From the NCBI RefSeq assembly GCF_004010195.1, contig NC_057728.1, positions 46,831,402 through 46,895,401 on the forward strand: DNA of 64,000 nucleotides. The letters run 5' to 3'. The notes beneath the pieces are model-generated. The model searched no databases, had not been told where the DNA came from, and saw only the letters and a list, made by a program, of their open reading frames with translations. This stretch comes from Chiloscyllium plagiosum. Lineage: Eukaryota. Below, piece by piece: positions 39,125 to 49,787 of the stretch (its first letter is position 1; every line of letters begins with the position of its first letter). Both the position numbers and the translations under genes were made by a program.

Positions 39125-40554
39125 CTCAGAGTTAGTTCAGCTAGCCCTAGGACACACTCTCGCTTCATATGCTTCAATAAGTGATCAAAAACCTTTACTC
39201 AAGACTCCTGTGATCAATTATTGAAAGTTGCCATAACAGTTCGGCATGATAGGAAAAGGGCATGACTCTTGGTTAATGTGTATGTATTCAAAACACAAAG
39301 TTTTCAAACTGGTGGAATTGAGGAAATGTTATACCTCCTGCCTGGTTTGCATAATGAAAAATGGGATTGGCCAGCTCAAAGTCTTTATGCCTAATCCCCA
39401 TTTACATTGGTTAGGTGAGGTGTCAACAAATCTACCTGCCCTTAACATATGGAGGCCTTTCTTATTCCCTCCATGAAAACAATATTTGAGATTAGAGAAA
39501 GCAGGATGAAGGAGACTAATTTGCAATTTCATTGATTTGGGCTAATGGTCAGGAAGGAAGACACTGGACCTTTTGGGATGTCCACAGGGGACGTTAGAGG
39601 CATCCCCCTCATGCGATCATAACCCCCTCCCTTTTGAGCTCCCATCCATTATCTTCAAAAACCAATCCATCTTTACCTCTTCCTCTCTAGGGTCACCACT
39701 TGCTCCCAACAAAAGTACTGATTTACCTGTTATATCAACTATCTGTAGATTCTTTCATTGGGATTATGTAAAGTTCTAGCAATGGTCACTATTGTGTTCC
39801 AGTGATGCTGACATCTTTTCCCTGAGATGTGGAGATCCCACTCTGTTTGTTAAGGCCGCCCTAGCATGCCATTACCACAATCTACCTTTCCTTAATGTCA
39901 GTCGGCTCAAGATTGACTTTTCTGCTAGGGTGCAGGTCGAGAAACGCCCTACCCTGTAAAAATCACCCCAATGATCTTGAGGTTTCTTCCAAGATTTAGA
40001 GTATTTTGGGGGCTTATCCTACCAGTATGAGAAATCAGTAGTCTGAGCAATCCTTCCACTATAAATAAATTCCACAGATTCTCTGCTAATTCTTTCACCC
40101 ACTGAAATACCTTAAGCAAGAACATATTATCGGATCTTTTAACACATAAATAAGCACCTATATGCCAGTCATGACCACTTCCAGAGAATCAAAGTGCATA
40201 TTAAAACATCCTGGGCCTCACTTGAATGTTGCCTAAAGCAGGATATGTTCACATGAAAGCTATGAGAATCTCAACACTTAGATAAGCAAAGTGCCAAAAT
40301 CTCAGGATTTTTGAACAAAACATTGGTTAGCACATTCTGAAAAAATTTTACCTGCTCTGTCTGTTGCGGTTTACTGACCTGCTGTTTTCCAGCAGGTAAC
40401 TGGAGGTAATTTGTGTTTGCCTCACTTATAACTTGCATTGGTTGACCAGTGAATAAGCTCTTTGTGAGTTGACATTTTCAGTTAACTAAAGCAGCAAGAG
40501 GCAATGATGCACTTTGAGCTTCATTGAATTTCTGCAGGTCCGATGACCAGTCCA

Positions 40555-42390
40555 ACATGAGCAGTTATCACTTCAACCGAGACAGCCATCTCTCTTCTAG
40601 ACTTCAGTGGAAAGAAGCCCATCCTGTCCAAGCCGTCCCCATAAGACAATCCACCAGGTATAAACCTTGCAAACTTGTTTTGAACTACCTCCGATGTACT
40701 TACATCCTTCTTAAATATGAAGACTAAAACTGTACAGTATTCAAAGTGTGGTCTCAACAGTGCCCTACGTAACTGATGCAGAGCATCCTTGCTTTTATGC
40801 TTAATTCCTGTCATAATAAAGGACTGGGTACTGTTAGCCTTCTTAATTATATATTGTACCCGATTGCTAATTTTTAGTGCCTCATGCATCAGAAACCCAA
40901 ATACTTCTACATCAAGGGATTCTGCAGTCAATCTCCATTAAAATAACATGCTACATTTTTATTCTTCCTGCTGAAGTGAATTTCATATTTTTTCCACATT
41001 ATACTCCACCTGCCAGATTTTTGTCACTGCAGCTTCCTGCATATCTATGAATTTTGCTACATTCTGTCTGAATTTACTGACACATTTCCTTTGATAAGGG
41101 GACCAACGCTATTTATAGTACTCTAGGTGACATCTAAATAGCCCCTTGTATGGTTTTAGCAAGACTTCCCCATTTTCATATTCTCCTTCTTTTGGGTCTA
41201 TTTGCCTTCTGTGCTACCCATTCAAAGTGGATGGGATCTTTTTTGAGGCTCATACCCAAATCCCTCTGTGCTGCAGCTTTCTTAAGTTTTTTCCAACTTA
41301 AATAATAATGAGCTTGTCTATTCTTCCTGCCAAAGTGCATGACCTCACAATTTCCCACATTATATTCCACCTGTTAAGTTTTTTTGCCCACTCAATTCAT
41401 CTGACTTTGAGTCATCCTCACCATATGCTTTCCCATCTACTTTTGTGTTGTCTGCAAACTTTACAATAGCACATTTACTTCCCTTTTCCAAATAAATACA
41501 TATATGTTGTAAATAATTGTGGTACCAGCACTGAGCTCTGTGGCATTCGACTAGTTACACGTTGCCATCCTGAAAATGACCTCTTTATCCAACTTTCTTT
41601 CCTCTCCCCAATACCATTGCCTCTTATCTTATTAAGTAGCCTTATGTACGGTACCTTATTGAACATCTTTTGGAAATCCAAATACATTATACCACTGCTT
41701 TCCCTTTATCTATCCTGCTTGCTACCACCTCAAAGAATTCCAGCAATTCTAACAGAGGTGAGACTAAATGTCCTGTTACCTACTAGTTACCTGTTTTATT
41801 ATCTCCCTCTCTTTTGAATAAGGATGTACATTAGCAGTTTTCCCAACTTCTGGGACATTTCTAGAATGTAAGGATTCTTGGAAGATTGCAACCAGTGCAT
41901 CCTTTATCTCTGCAGATAATTCCTTTAGAATCCTAGGATGCAACTCATCAGGTCCAGCGAACTGATCAGTCTTCAGCCCCATCAGTTTCCCTAGTTATTT
42001 TCTCTTGTGGTAGTGATTGTGCTTATATCTTCTCGCCTTTAGCCCCTTGATTATTTAATATTTTTGGAATTTAATTAACATTCTCTATTGTGAAGACTAA
42101 CGTGACATATTTATTCAACTCCTTTGCCATTTCCTCATTCCCATCATTACTTCCCCAGTCTTACTCTCTAAGGAAGCTATAATCACTTTGGTCTTTCTCT
42201 TTCTGAGAATATATTTACTATCTGTTTTAAAAATGTTTGGTAGTTTGACCTCAGTTTAATTTCTCCCTTTTTTTTATGTTCATCTTTTGCGACTTCTTAA
42301 AACTTTCTCAATCCTCTGGTTTACCGCCAACCCTTCCTGCATTGTATCTAAGTTTCTTCTTTCAGTTTGATTCTATGTTTAAGGAAATAA
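40555..42390 (-). mobile_element. Old CR1 ORF2 fragments
   Basis: GPDELHPRILKE, YLDFQKMFNKVP, MEYNVGNCEVMHFG, LRPHFEYC. Confidence 0.85.
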
Positions 42391-42840
42391 TAGTAGGCTT
42401 GGAGGGCCAAAGGGCCTGTTCCTGTACTGTAATTTTCTTTCTTTCTTGTTGTTGTTTAACTTCCTTGGTCCCGAAGACTTGTCAGGCCACAACTCTATCA
42501 GTTTGGCTAGTACCCTTCTCACATGATTGTAATCTCACCAAATTTCTCTTGTGCTTCGACCTCCTTACAACTGCTGCTGAAAAAATATTTTGTATCCTCT
42601 ATTTGAGGCAGAAGTAATTTTTTTTGTTTATTTTATCTGCTATTTCCTTATTATCTACTATGAAATCAGTTTTTATTTATTTACTACAATGTGTTCTATC
42701 AATCAGCTTACTTGTTATGAATGCTATGCACATTCAGGTTTGAAGTCTAACATACAACAGCCTTAGCTGTTGCTGTATTTCTAGGAATTTTTTTCTCTCT
42801 TTGCCCCTTTCTGACATTCTCTGACCTTCGTTTCCCATAT

Positions 42841-43053
42841 TAGATTAGATTTGATTCCCTATAGTGTGGAAACAGGCTATTCAGCCCAACAAGTCCACAC
42901 CGACCCTCCGAAGAGTAATCCACCCAGGCCCATTCCCCTACCCTATATTTACCCCTGACTAATGCACTTATCACGGTGGGCAATTTAGCATGGCCAATTC
43001 ACCTGACCTGCACATCTTTGGATTCTGGGAGGAAACCGGTGCACCTGGAGGAA
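42841..43053 (-). mobile_element. HE1-type SINE, truncated
   Basis: Reverse complement of tail and V-domain 3' half. Confidence 0.85.
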
Positions 43054-43391
43054 ATTAGTAATTACCATTTTACTCTCTTACCTTGTCCCCGCTCTTCAGT
43101 ATACTATGCATTTCCATTTTTGATTACTTGCACTCATTATTTATTTTGGAACTCTTTCTATTTCCCTAGTTATGTAGTCTTCCAGAACACTGGTCTCAAC
43201 AAAATTCAGGTGTAGACTATGCTGACAGTATGGCCTCCACTTTCCCGAGCACCAGTGGACCATAGTGAGAATTCCTGACACTATGTAACAGCTTGCAACA
43301 TTGAATGCACTGGAAGATAGGAGTCTCAGATCAATATAGGGGGGAAGTGTAAGTGTAATGCTGACTTTTATCTGTAAATATAGTTGCTCAC

Positions 43392-43558
43392 CACAACTGA
43401 CTCAAGCGCACATGGCCTTTATAACTGCTGATCAGAAGTTCTATTACTTCTGAAACGCTCACGAAACTGTCACCATGACTAGGACAACATGTTTTAAGTT
43501 GACTGAGGAAGAAGTCTTGATGTCTTTCACATAGATTGTTAAATCCTATTAAGCTATT
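43392..43558 (-). CDS. Candidate exon: NSLIGFNNLCERHQDFFLSQLKTCCPSHGDSFVSVSEVIELLISSYKGHVRLSQL
   Basis: Acceptor gtccctgcag|, donor TG|gtgagc, 167 nt open, phase 0 to 2, fits the 45985 exon. Confidence 0.55.
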
Positions 43559-43731
43559 CTGCAGGGACGTTTGTTGATCCATTTTTATCTTTCATTCATG
43601 AATCTTTATACCAGGATCAACCACCACCAGCCATTCGGGGTCACAGCCCTTCCATCTTTCATGATTTATCTGTTCTTTCTGCTATATAATTGGACATTGA
43701 TACTTCCTCATATTAATGTGCCTTAGCAATT

Positions 43732-43990
43732 TGGGGTGGCATGATGGCTCAGTGGTTAACGCTGCTGCCTCACAGCATTCCTGGATTCAATTCTATCCTT
43801 GGGGGACTATCTGTGTGGGGTTTACATATTCTCCCTATGTTTTTGTGGGTTTCCTCTGGGTACTCCAGCTTCCTCCCACAGTCCAAAGAGGTGCTAGGTG
43901 GATTAATCATGGGAAATGCAAGGGGATGGGTAGGATGTTGTTTGGAAGATTGGCATGGCCTGCCCCACATTGTAGGGATTCTGTGATCCC
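43732..43990 (+). mobile_element. HE1-type V-SINE
   Basis: tggctcagtgg A box and V domain. Confidence 0.8.
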
Positions 43991-44169
43991 TCTAGGGCGC
44001 TAATAACAGTGGAGAGATTTTGTTTCTGCTTACTTCACTAAAATAATTGTCTGATCATTTTAAAATGCTACTTTTATTTTCAAGTTACATTTTTTTAAAT
44101 ATTCACACATTTTGACACTTTCCAACAAATATTAAACAATTTCACTTACCCCTGGTGTCAGAAAGTAAC

Positions 44170-44485
44170 TGGTTTAAGCTCCCACTTTGGGACTGAGTAC
44201 ATCATTTAGCCTAATAGTTCGAGACACAGTCTTTTGGATGAGCTACTGAAACAAAGTCTTGATCTATCCTTTCAAATGACCATAAAGGATGACATTCACT
44301 ATTAGTTCTCCTAGTTTTCTGGTGAACAGTTAACCTCAATCAGTTATTTGGCCTGCTATTTCTGTTTGAGGAGCATCATTCTACAGTAATTGGTTGCCAC
44401 TTTTATCTGAAATATAGTGGTTGTTTTTTTTTAATAATTCACTGATCATGAAATATTTTGCCACACAATGAAAACCTGGGAGGTA
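44170..44485 (+). mobile_element. Old DeuSINE-like copy
   Basis: Degenerate similarity to the other DeuSINE-like copies in the window. Confidence 0.4.
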
Positions 44486-44794
44486 TTGTGATGTACGTGG
44501 AAGCTCTAAGCACTTAATAGCATGAACAGTGTTAGAAATTAAGGTGTGCAGAGCTGCCATCTATTGGTAACTAATCGTATCTTCAGTGAAGGTTCCAGAG
44601 CTCCTGGGACGAAGTTCATTCGTCAGGTAATTGCATGAGTCAGGATTCTTCATGAGATATTGCAAGGAAGTCTATATCACACTTTCAGTGGAATATCCTT
44701 TGGGACTGTATTTGTGTACTAACATCTGTAGGGTAAAAGTGCTGCCTCAACTACCTTACACAAATACACAGCATTATTCGTGCAATTTTCTCAG

Positions 44795-45137
44795 TGTAGT
44801 GATTGTAACAAAGTCAACCAAGCGAACCTCATAGAATATGAATTCCCTGATTGGGGCTGTTAATCGTTCTAATCAGGGAGGCCTGGCTGGCAGATAAATA
44901 ACAGGAATGTCAGAGGTTCTGTTCATGCTGAGAGCTGGCTCTGAAGAAGCTGGAGCGTAGAGTCATAGAGATGTACAGCACAGAATCAGAGCCTTTGGTC
45001 CAACTCGTCAATGCTGGCCAGATATTTCAAACTAATTTAGGCCCATTTGCCAGCTCTTGGCCCAGTGTCGAGGAATCGCCACTTCTAAATAATGAGTGAC
45101 ATGGTGACGGGCTACTAGCCTCTGTGCAGTTATTTGA
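44795..45137 (+). mobile_element. Short solo LTR with a CR1 tail inserted (about 44958-45062)
   Basis: Perfect 5-bp TSD ctcag (44790-44794, 45138-45142); starts TGTAGT and ends TTGA (expected CA mutated). Confidence 0.7.
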
Positions 45138-45579
45138 CTCAGAAAATTTGTACTTGTCAGTTAGGAGCACAACATTTCTTCAACTTATATCAGATGTTGC
45201 AGTATCTCTCTCTATTTCATCTGCTTAACCTTGCTCGGTAACTAATGAAAGAATCTATGTGAGGGCAAGAAAATTACTAAAACAAGTGTTAAACTCTCTC
45301 TTCTTTAAAACCACTTCAACATTTCACCCTGTTCGGCGTTGGAGGGTGGTGGTGTAGAGAGTGTGAGAATTGGGGTAAATTTAAATTCCAGTTACGTGCT
45401 CTCCATGAACTACTGCTTAAACAATAAAGTCAAAAATCAATCTCCCTATGTATGGAGATTCCAAATCGGGTGTGAATTGTCCCACGGCCAATCTAAACCA
45501 AAACAAGATATCCTGTACCTGAAGCCCTTCAGTATTACACAATTAAGAAATATTAGAAAAGACCGAAAATAAATTATGC

Positions 45580-45880
45580 ATTGACACCTTTTACAATTTC
45601 AGGACATCCAAATTTGTTTATCAGCCCAATTATGCAGTTCCAAAGTGCAATGCAGGAAATGTAGTAGCCAATTTGTCCACAGCAAGTTCTGAAAACAGTA
45701 ATTAGATATTTGATCAGATTTTTTTTCATGATCTTGATTGGGGTCTAGATTTTGGTCAGGTCAACAATGTGAATATAAGATTGTTTACATTTACGAGAGA
45801 GGGAAGATAGTGACAGGAGATATAAAAACTCCTGGGGTTTACTGTTTCATCTGAAAGATGGATCATACTCATGTGCTTGC
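45580..45880 (-). mobile_element. Old DeuSINE-like copy
   Basis: aatgcaggaaatgtagtagccaatttgtccacagcaag resembles the reverse-complement Deu domain. Confidence 0.55.
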
Positions 45881-45984
45881 TGTCATAAAAGAAAGTCTGT
45901 ATAAAAGATACTCATGGATAAGTATAGTACAGCTTTACATTTCATATTTTCCCCCAAACCCCGAACAGAACAAATTTTGCTTAC

Positions 45985-46078
45985 ATCCTGAAAGTGTCTC
46001 AGCTTTGATTGTGAACGACATCTTGTAAAATATCCCGAAGGCATTTTTTTGTCGAACAAATTTTGAACAAAATTACTG
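45985..46078 (-). CDS. Candidate exon: SNFVQNLFDKKMPSGYFTRCRSQSKLRHFQD
   Basis: Acceptor ttttgctctctttcag|CAG, donor GAT|gtaagc, 94 nt, phase 2 to 0, the only open frame, CpGs retained. Confidence 0.65.
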
Positions 46079-46213
46079 CTGAAAGAGAGCAAAACCACGG
46101 CTCAGATAAATTGTGCTTTTATTTCACAATTCAGAATTTCTCATTCTTGAAAACAGAACAAAATACATGGTGAGAATCCCAAGAGAACATGACTTCATTT
46201 GTACTTTCCTTAC

Positions 46214-46255
46214 CTGTAATTGTCTCCCAAGATAGTGAAGGAGTCAGAACTCAAG
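46214..46255 (-). CDS. Candidate exon: LSSDSFTILGDNY(S)
   Basis: Acceptor cttctgttttctcag|, donor CAG|gtaagg, 42 nt, phase 2 to 2; 135-nt intron joins it in frame to the next exon. Confidence 0.65.
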
Positions 46256-47689
46256 CTGAGAAAACAGAAGCCATTCAGCCTCTTAGTTTTGATACATCTA
46301 ATTGGTTCCCAAGATGGGAGGAGGATGAGAATTACAAAACCATTCTTTAATTATTTTCCAACTGTATTTTAGCACTACACGTTTAGCTATGTATGAAAAC
46401 AGAAGTTACCAGTGACACTGATGCAATCACAGTTAACATAATTATCCAGTCCTTTTTAGATGAGCTTTAGTTAGATTTTTCAGCAAATCAAAATCAAAAT
46501 CACAAAGATGCTTCTAATTGTAAACATATTCCTTAATTTAAACGAATCATTGGTCTGACTTTGAATTCCCACTTCAATTGGTTTCTGATACAACTCACTG
46601 AAAAGGAAAACGATTCTGTTGAGGATTCATATATCAATTGTTTTTTCAATATGGACTATTTATTTTCAAATCAAATCCAGATTGGCACATGGACAGGAGA
46701 GCGGCTTTTCCGCATTATCTATCAACTGGAAGCAGGTTAGAATTACAGGTTGAAACTTTATGTAGTCATAATCCCCAAGGCACATTGAATGCTGATGCAA
46801 ACTGCACGCAATCAGGAAGCTGGCTTTCATCAACAAGAAACCCTCAGGTTGGAGAGAAGCCAAGAAGTGAAACATTGGCACTGTGTGAGTATGACTGGCG
46901 TGAGAACAGAAATAGCAGCTGGCGATTGGGAATTCCAATTCCACTAGCACCCCTGCGCCCCTCCCCCCCCCTCCCCCCCCCCCCCCACCTTAACCTCAAA
47001 CCTAACTGCTTGGGACCTATTGAAATAAAAAGAAAACATGGATGGCCGATCCTGTTTTGGAGAAGAGGCTGCCTTATTTAGTCTGAGACATGGTATATCA
47101 GTTCCAAAAAGCTGACTTGGCAATGGTGGACCTGGAATGGAGTGGCTGTGTCGAAATGTGGAACCTTCTACCCCTGTTTTTGGTATCAGCAGTAAAGAAA
47201 ACAGCTCACCTTCTACAGTCAAGTATCCTGCATGGGCAATCTCACCAATTCTGTAGCAGCAAACCTCTTTGAGAGTGTAAGTTCCTTGCTGCTATTATTG
47301 ACATCTGTGAGAGTTGACTCTGCATTTCAGGAAGTCCTGAACATCCGATCTGATGGAATATGGAGCTGACTCATGCATGTTTTGGTTATCTCTGAGTTAT
47401 GTCAAGTATTTTGGAGGACTCTTTGCTGCGAGGGTAACTGAGTTTTCACACCGTTTCTTGCCAAACCTGTCTCCTTAATTACTTACTACTCCCCAGTTGA
47501 ACCTCTCATGTTCAATTTCCACATGATCTTACCACATGTTGTTCCCAGAAACAATTTGCCCAACAGCAGACACCCACTGAAAGAATAGCATTCCTTGCAC
47601 CCACACCATCTTTAAAAGTCCACTGTGCACCAGGGTGAACTCTCACATTCTGAAGCTGCCTTGCTCACAGAGTTGGAACATGGTAGAGA

Positions 47690-47905
47690 AGGGGAGGATG
47701 GCATTGTGATTCTCTGACAGGGATCTGGTGGTCTTAGTAAAAAGGGGAGTCCTGGGGAGAGGTGTTGTCTTCTTGGGAGACTGGTAAAGGTGGCACCCAT
47801 CACAAGATCTTACCAGCTTGGTCTCAGGTCATCACTTGGGTCAGTGCCCTCTCCAGATGAACAGACAGACATGTGGCACTAAGGTCAAAGATCATCTTCC
47901 TTGTG
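47690..47905 (+). mobile_element. Harbinger Myb/SANT-like ORF remnant (element may extend to about 50400)
   Basis: FSDRDLVVLV, AWSQV..WVSA and QTCGTKVKD pieces across frameshifts. Confidence 0.5.
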
Positions 47906-49036
47906 CCAGAGTAAATCCCACACTCTTCACTCTGTTACCTCATACTCCCAGACTGCTGCTACTGCACCCATCTCCCACCAAGCCCTATGTTCTGCCACTG
48001 TCACTATTGCTTGCATCACCTTCCCTTCCTCTGTCCAACCTTCCATACCGCTTAGCCCTCCATTACTCTCAGCACTGCCTCCTTGGTCCTTTGGAACATC
48101 ATTCTCTCACATGTAGAATGCATGGCCATGCTATCTACTGTCCTCTTCCTCATTCCTATAACCTCCCCACCCCTTTCTGTCACTACAGGCAAAGACAACC
48201 CGTAACAGAGCAAAATTCAAGGTGGGGAGGATGACTAATATTCGGGTTCTTCACCCCCTACAATGAGAGAGACTTTGGGGTGGCTGGGCCCACTCTGTGG
48301 AGATGCCAAAACAGTATGTGTGCCAAATGCCTAGGTATCTGCTTTCCCCTGCCACTCTCCTTTTACCTGAGCTGTCAGTCTCAATCATCTCACACCTCAT
48401 CTTGCCACTGATCATGACACCTTCCATATCTCTCTCTCTCTCTTTCATGTCTTACAATTACAGCTATGCTCCCCACCACCTATGTGGAGAGAAGGCGAGT
48501 TTCACTAGGAGCCACCTCCCAGATCTCTGAAGGTTGCTCCACTGAGGCCTCACGAGAAACATCAACAAGACTGCCTCCTGCAACTCCCCAACAGCCCAGA
48601 TACTGCCATCCTGATGAGGGGATGGGATCCTTATGCACCAACAGTATGGGCACACAATCTGGTGAGCACCTTACTGTGACACCTCCGCAGTTGACCAAGA
48701 AAAAGCACCACTGGCACTCCGAAGACTGCCAGAGATCAGGCACAAGCTCAGGCAGAAGAAGGCCCTATGGTGTCAGCAAGTGGGGACTTCACCCAAACAC
48801 CCAGGGTGAAGAAGCATTGCCAAGCGGGCAAATGGGACACAGTGGCCATCATTTCCCAGAAGCTACAGCAGTGTAGTGAGTCATGCAACCATCGGTCTGC
48901 CTCCATCGATAGGATGGCAGCTACCATGGACTGCCAAGCCCAGAACTCTCAGGATACACACTCCATTGCACCAGCCACTAGTCCTCAGGAACAAAGAGAT
49001 GGTGACAGGGTGGGGGGGGGGGAGGGGGGGAGGAAA

Positions 49037-49161
49037 CCTGGTGAAGAGCTTATGCTTGAAACATCGATTCTCCTGCACTTCAGACGCTGCTAGAGTGGCT
49101 GTGCTTTTCCAGGGCCACACTCTTCGACTGATCTCCAGCATCTGCAGTGCTCACTTTCTCC
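49037..49161 (+). mobile_element. PLE-derived family A element
   Basis: cctggtgaagagcttatgcttgaaacatcgattctcc...gcatctgcagtgctcactttctcc. Confidence 0.8.
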
Positions 49162-49667
49162 TGGGGAACCTGGACGCCTAATACAGTTTCCCCTTCCTCA
49201 CAAGGAGATCAGCCAATGCCAGAAGGTACCTAGTGGAGGTGGTACCACACGCAGGCCTCTCTGCACTTTCCACTCAGAACACTCCAGAGGTAGTCAGGCC
49301 ATGTACCCCTATCCTGCCTGTCTCCCATTCAACCCTTGAAAGTTGAAACTGAGGAGGGTCAACTTGCCTCTGGCAAGGAGACCATTAACAAGTCTGACCC
49401 ATCCAGGTACAAGAGTCCCCAGGGTCACTCCATCAAATCTCCAAGACCAACAGCCTCTACTTCTGTGCAGGCTCACTCTATCCCAACTGCTGAACCAGGG
49501 AATACACTGAGACATAGTGAGAGGGAGACAAAGAAGCATGGGTAAAAATGGCCTGAATATCACTCTCTGGTTATGCATAGATGTTTCTGATTTGAATGTT
49601 CATGTGGCTGTGGCTCTCTCAATGTAGGCGTTAAATGTATTTCAGACCATCTGACAGCACTTCATGG

Positions 49668-49787
49668 AGAAAGTGAGGACTTCAGATGCTGGAGATCAGA
49701 GTTGAGAGTGTGGTGCCGGAAAAACACAGCAGGTCAGGCAGCATCCGAGGAGCAGGAGAATCGACGTTTCAGGCATAAGCTATGAAC
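49668..49787 (-). mobile_element. PLE-derived family A element
   Basis: Same body as 12064-12183; 13-bp TSD cagcacttcatgg/cagtgcttcatgg. Confidence 0.8.

Noticed and set aside
40352..40399. 48-nt phase 0-0 minus-strand exon
   Set aside because: Poor polypyrimidine tract, and it does not fit after the phase-2 exon at 43392
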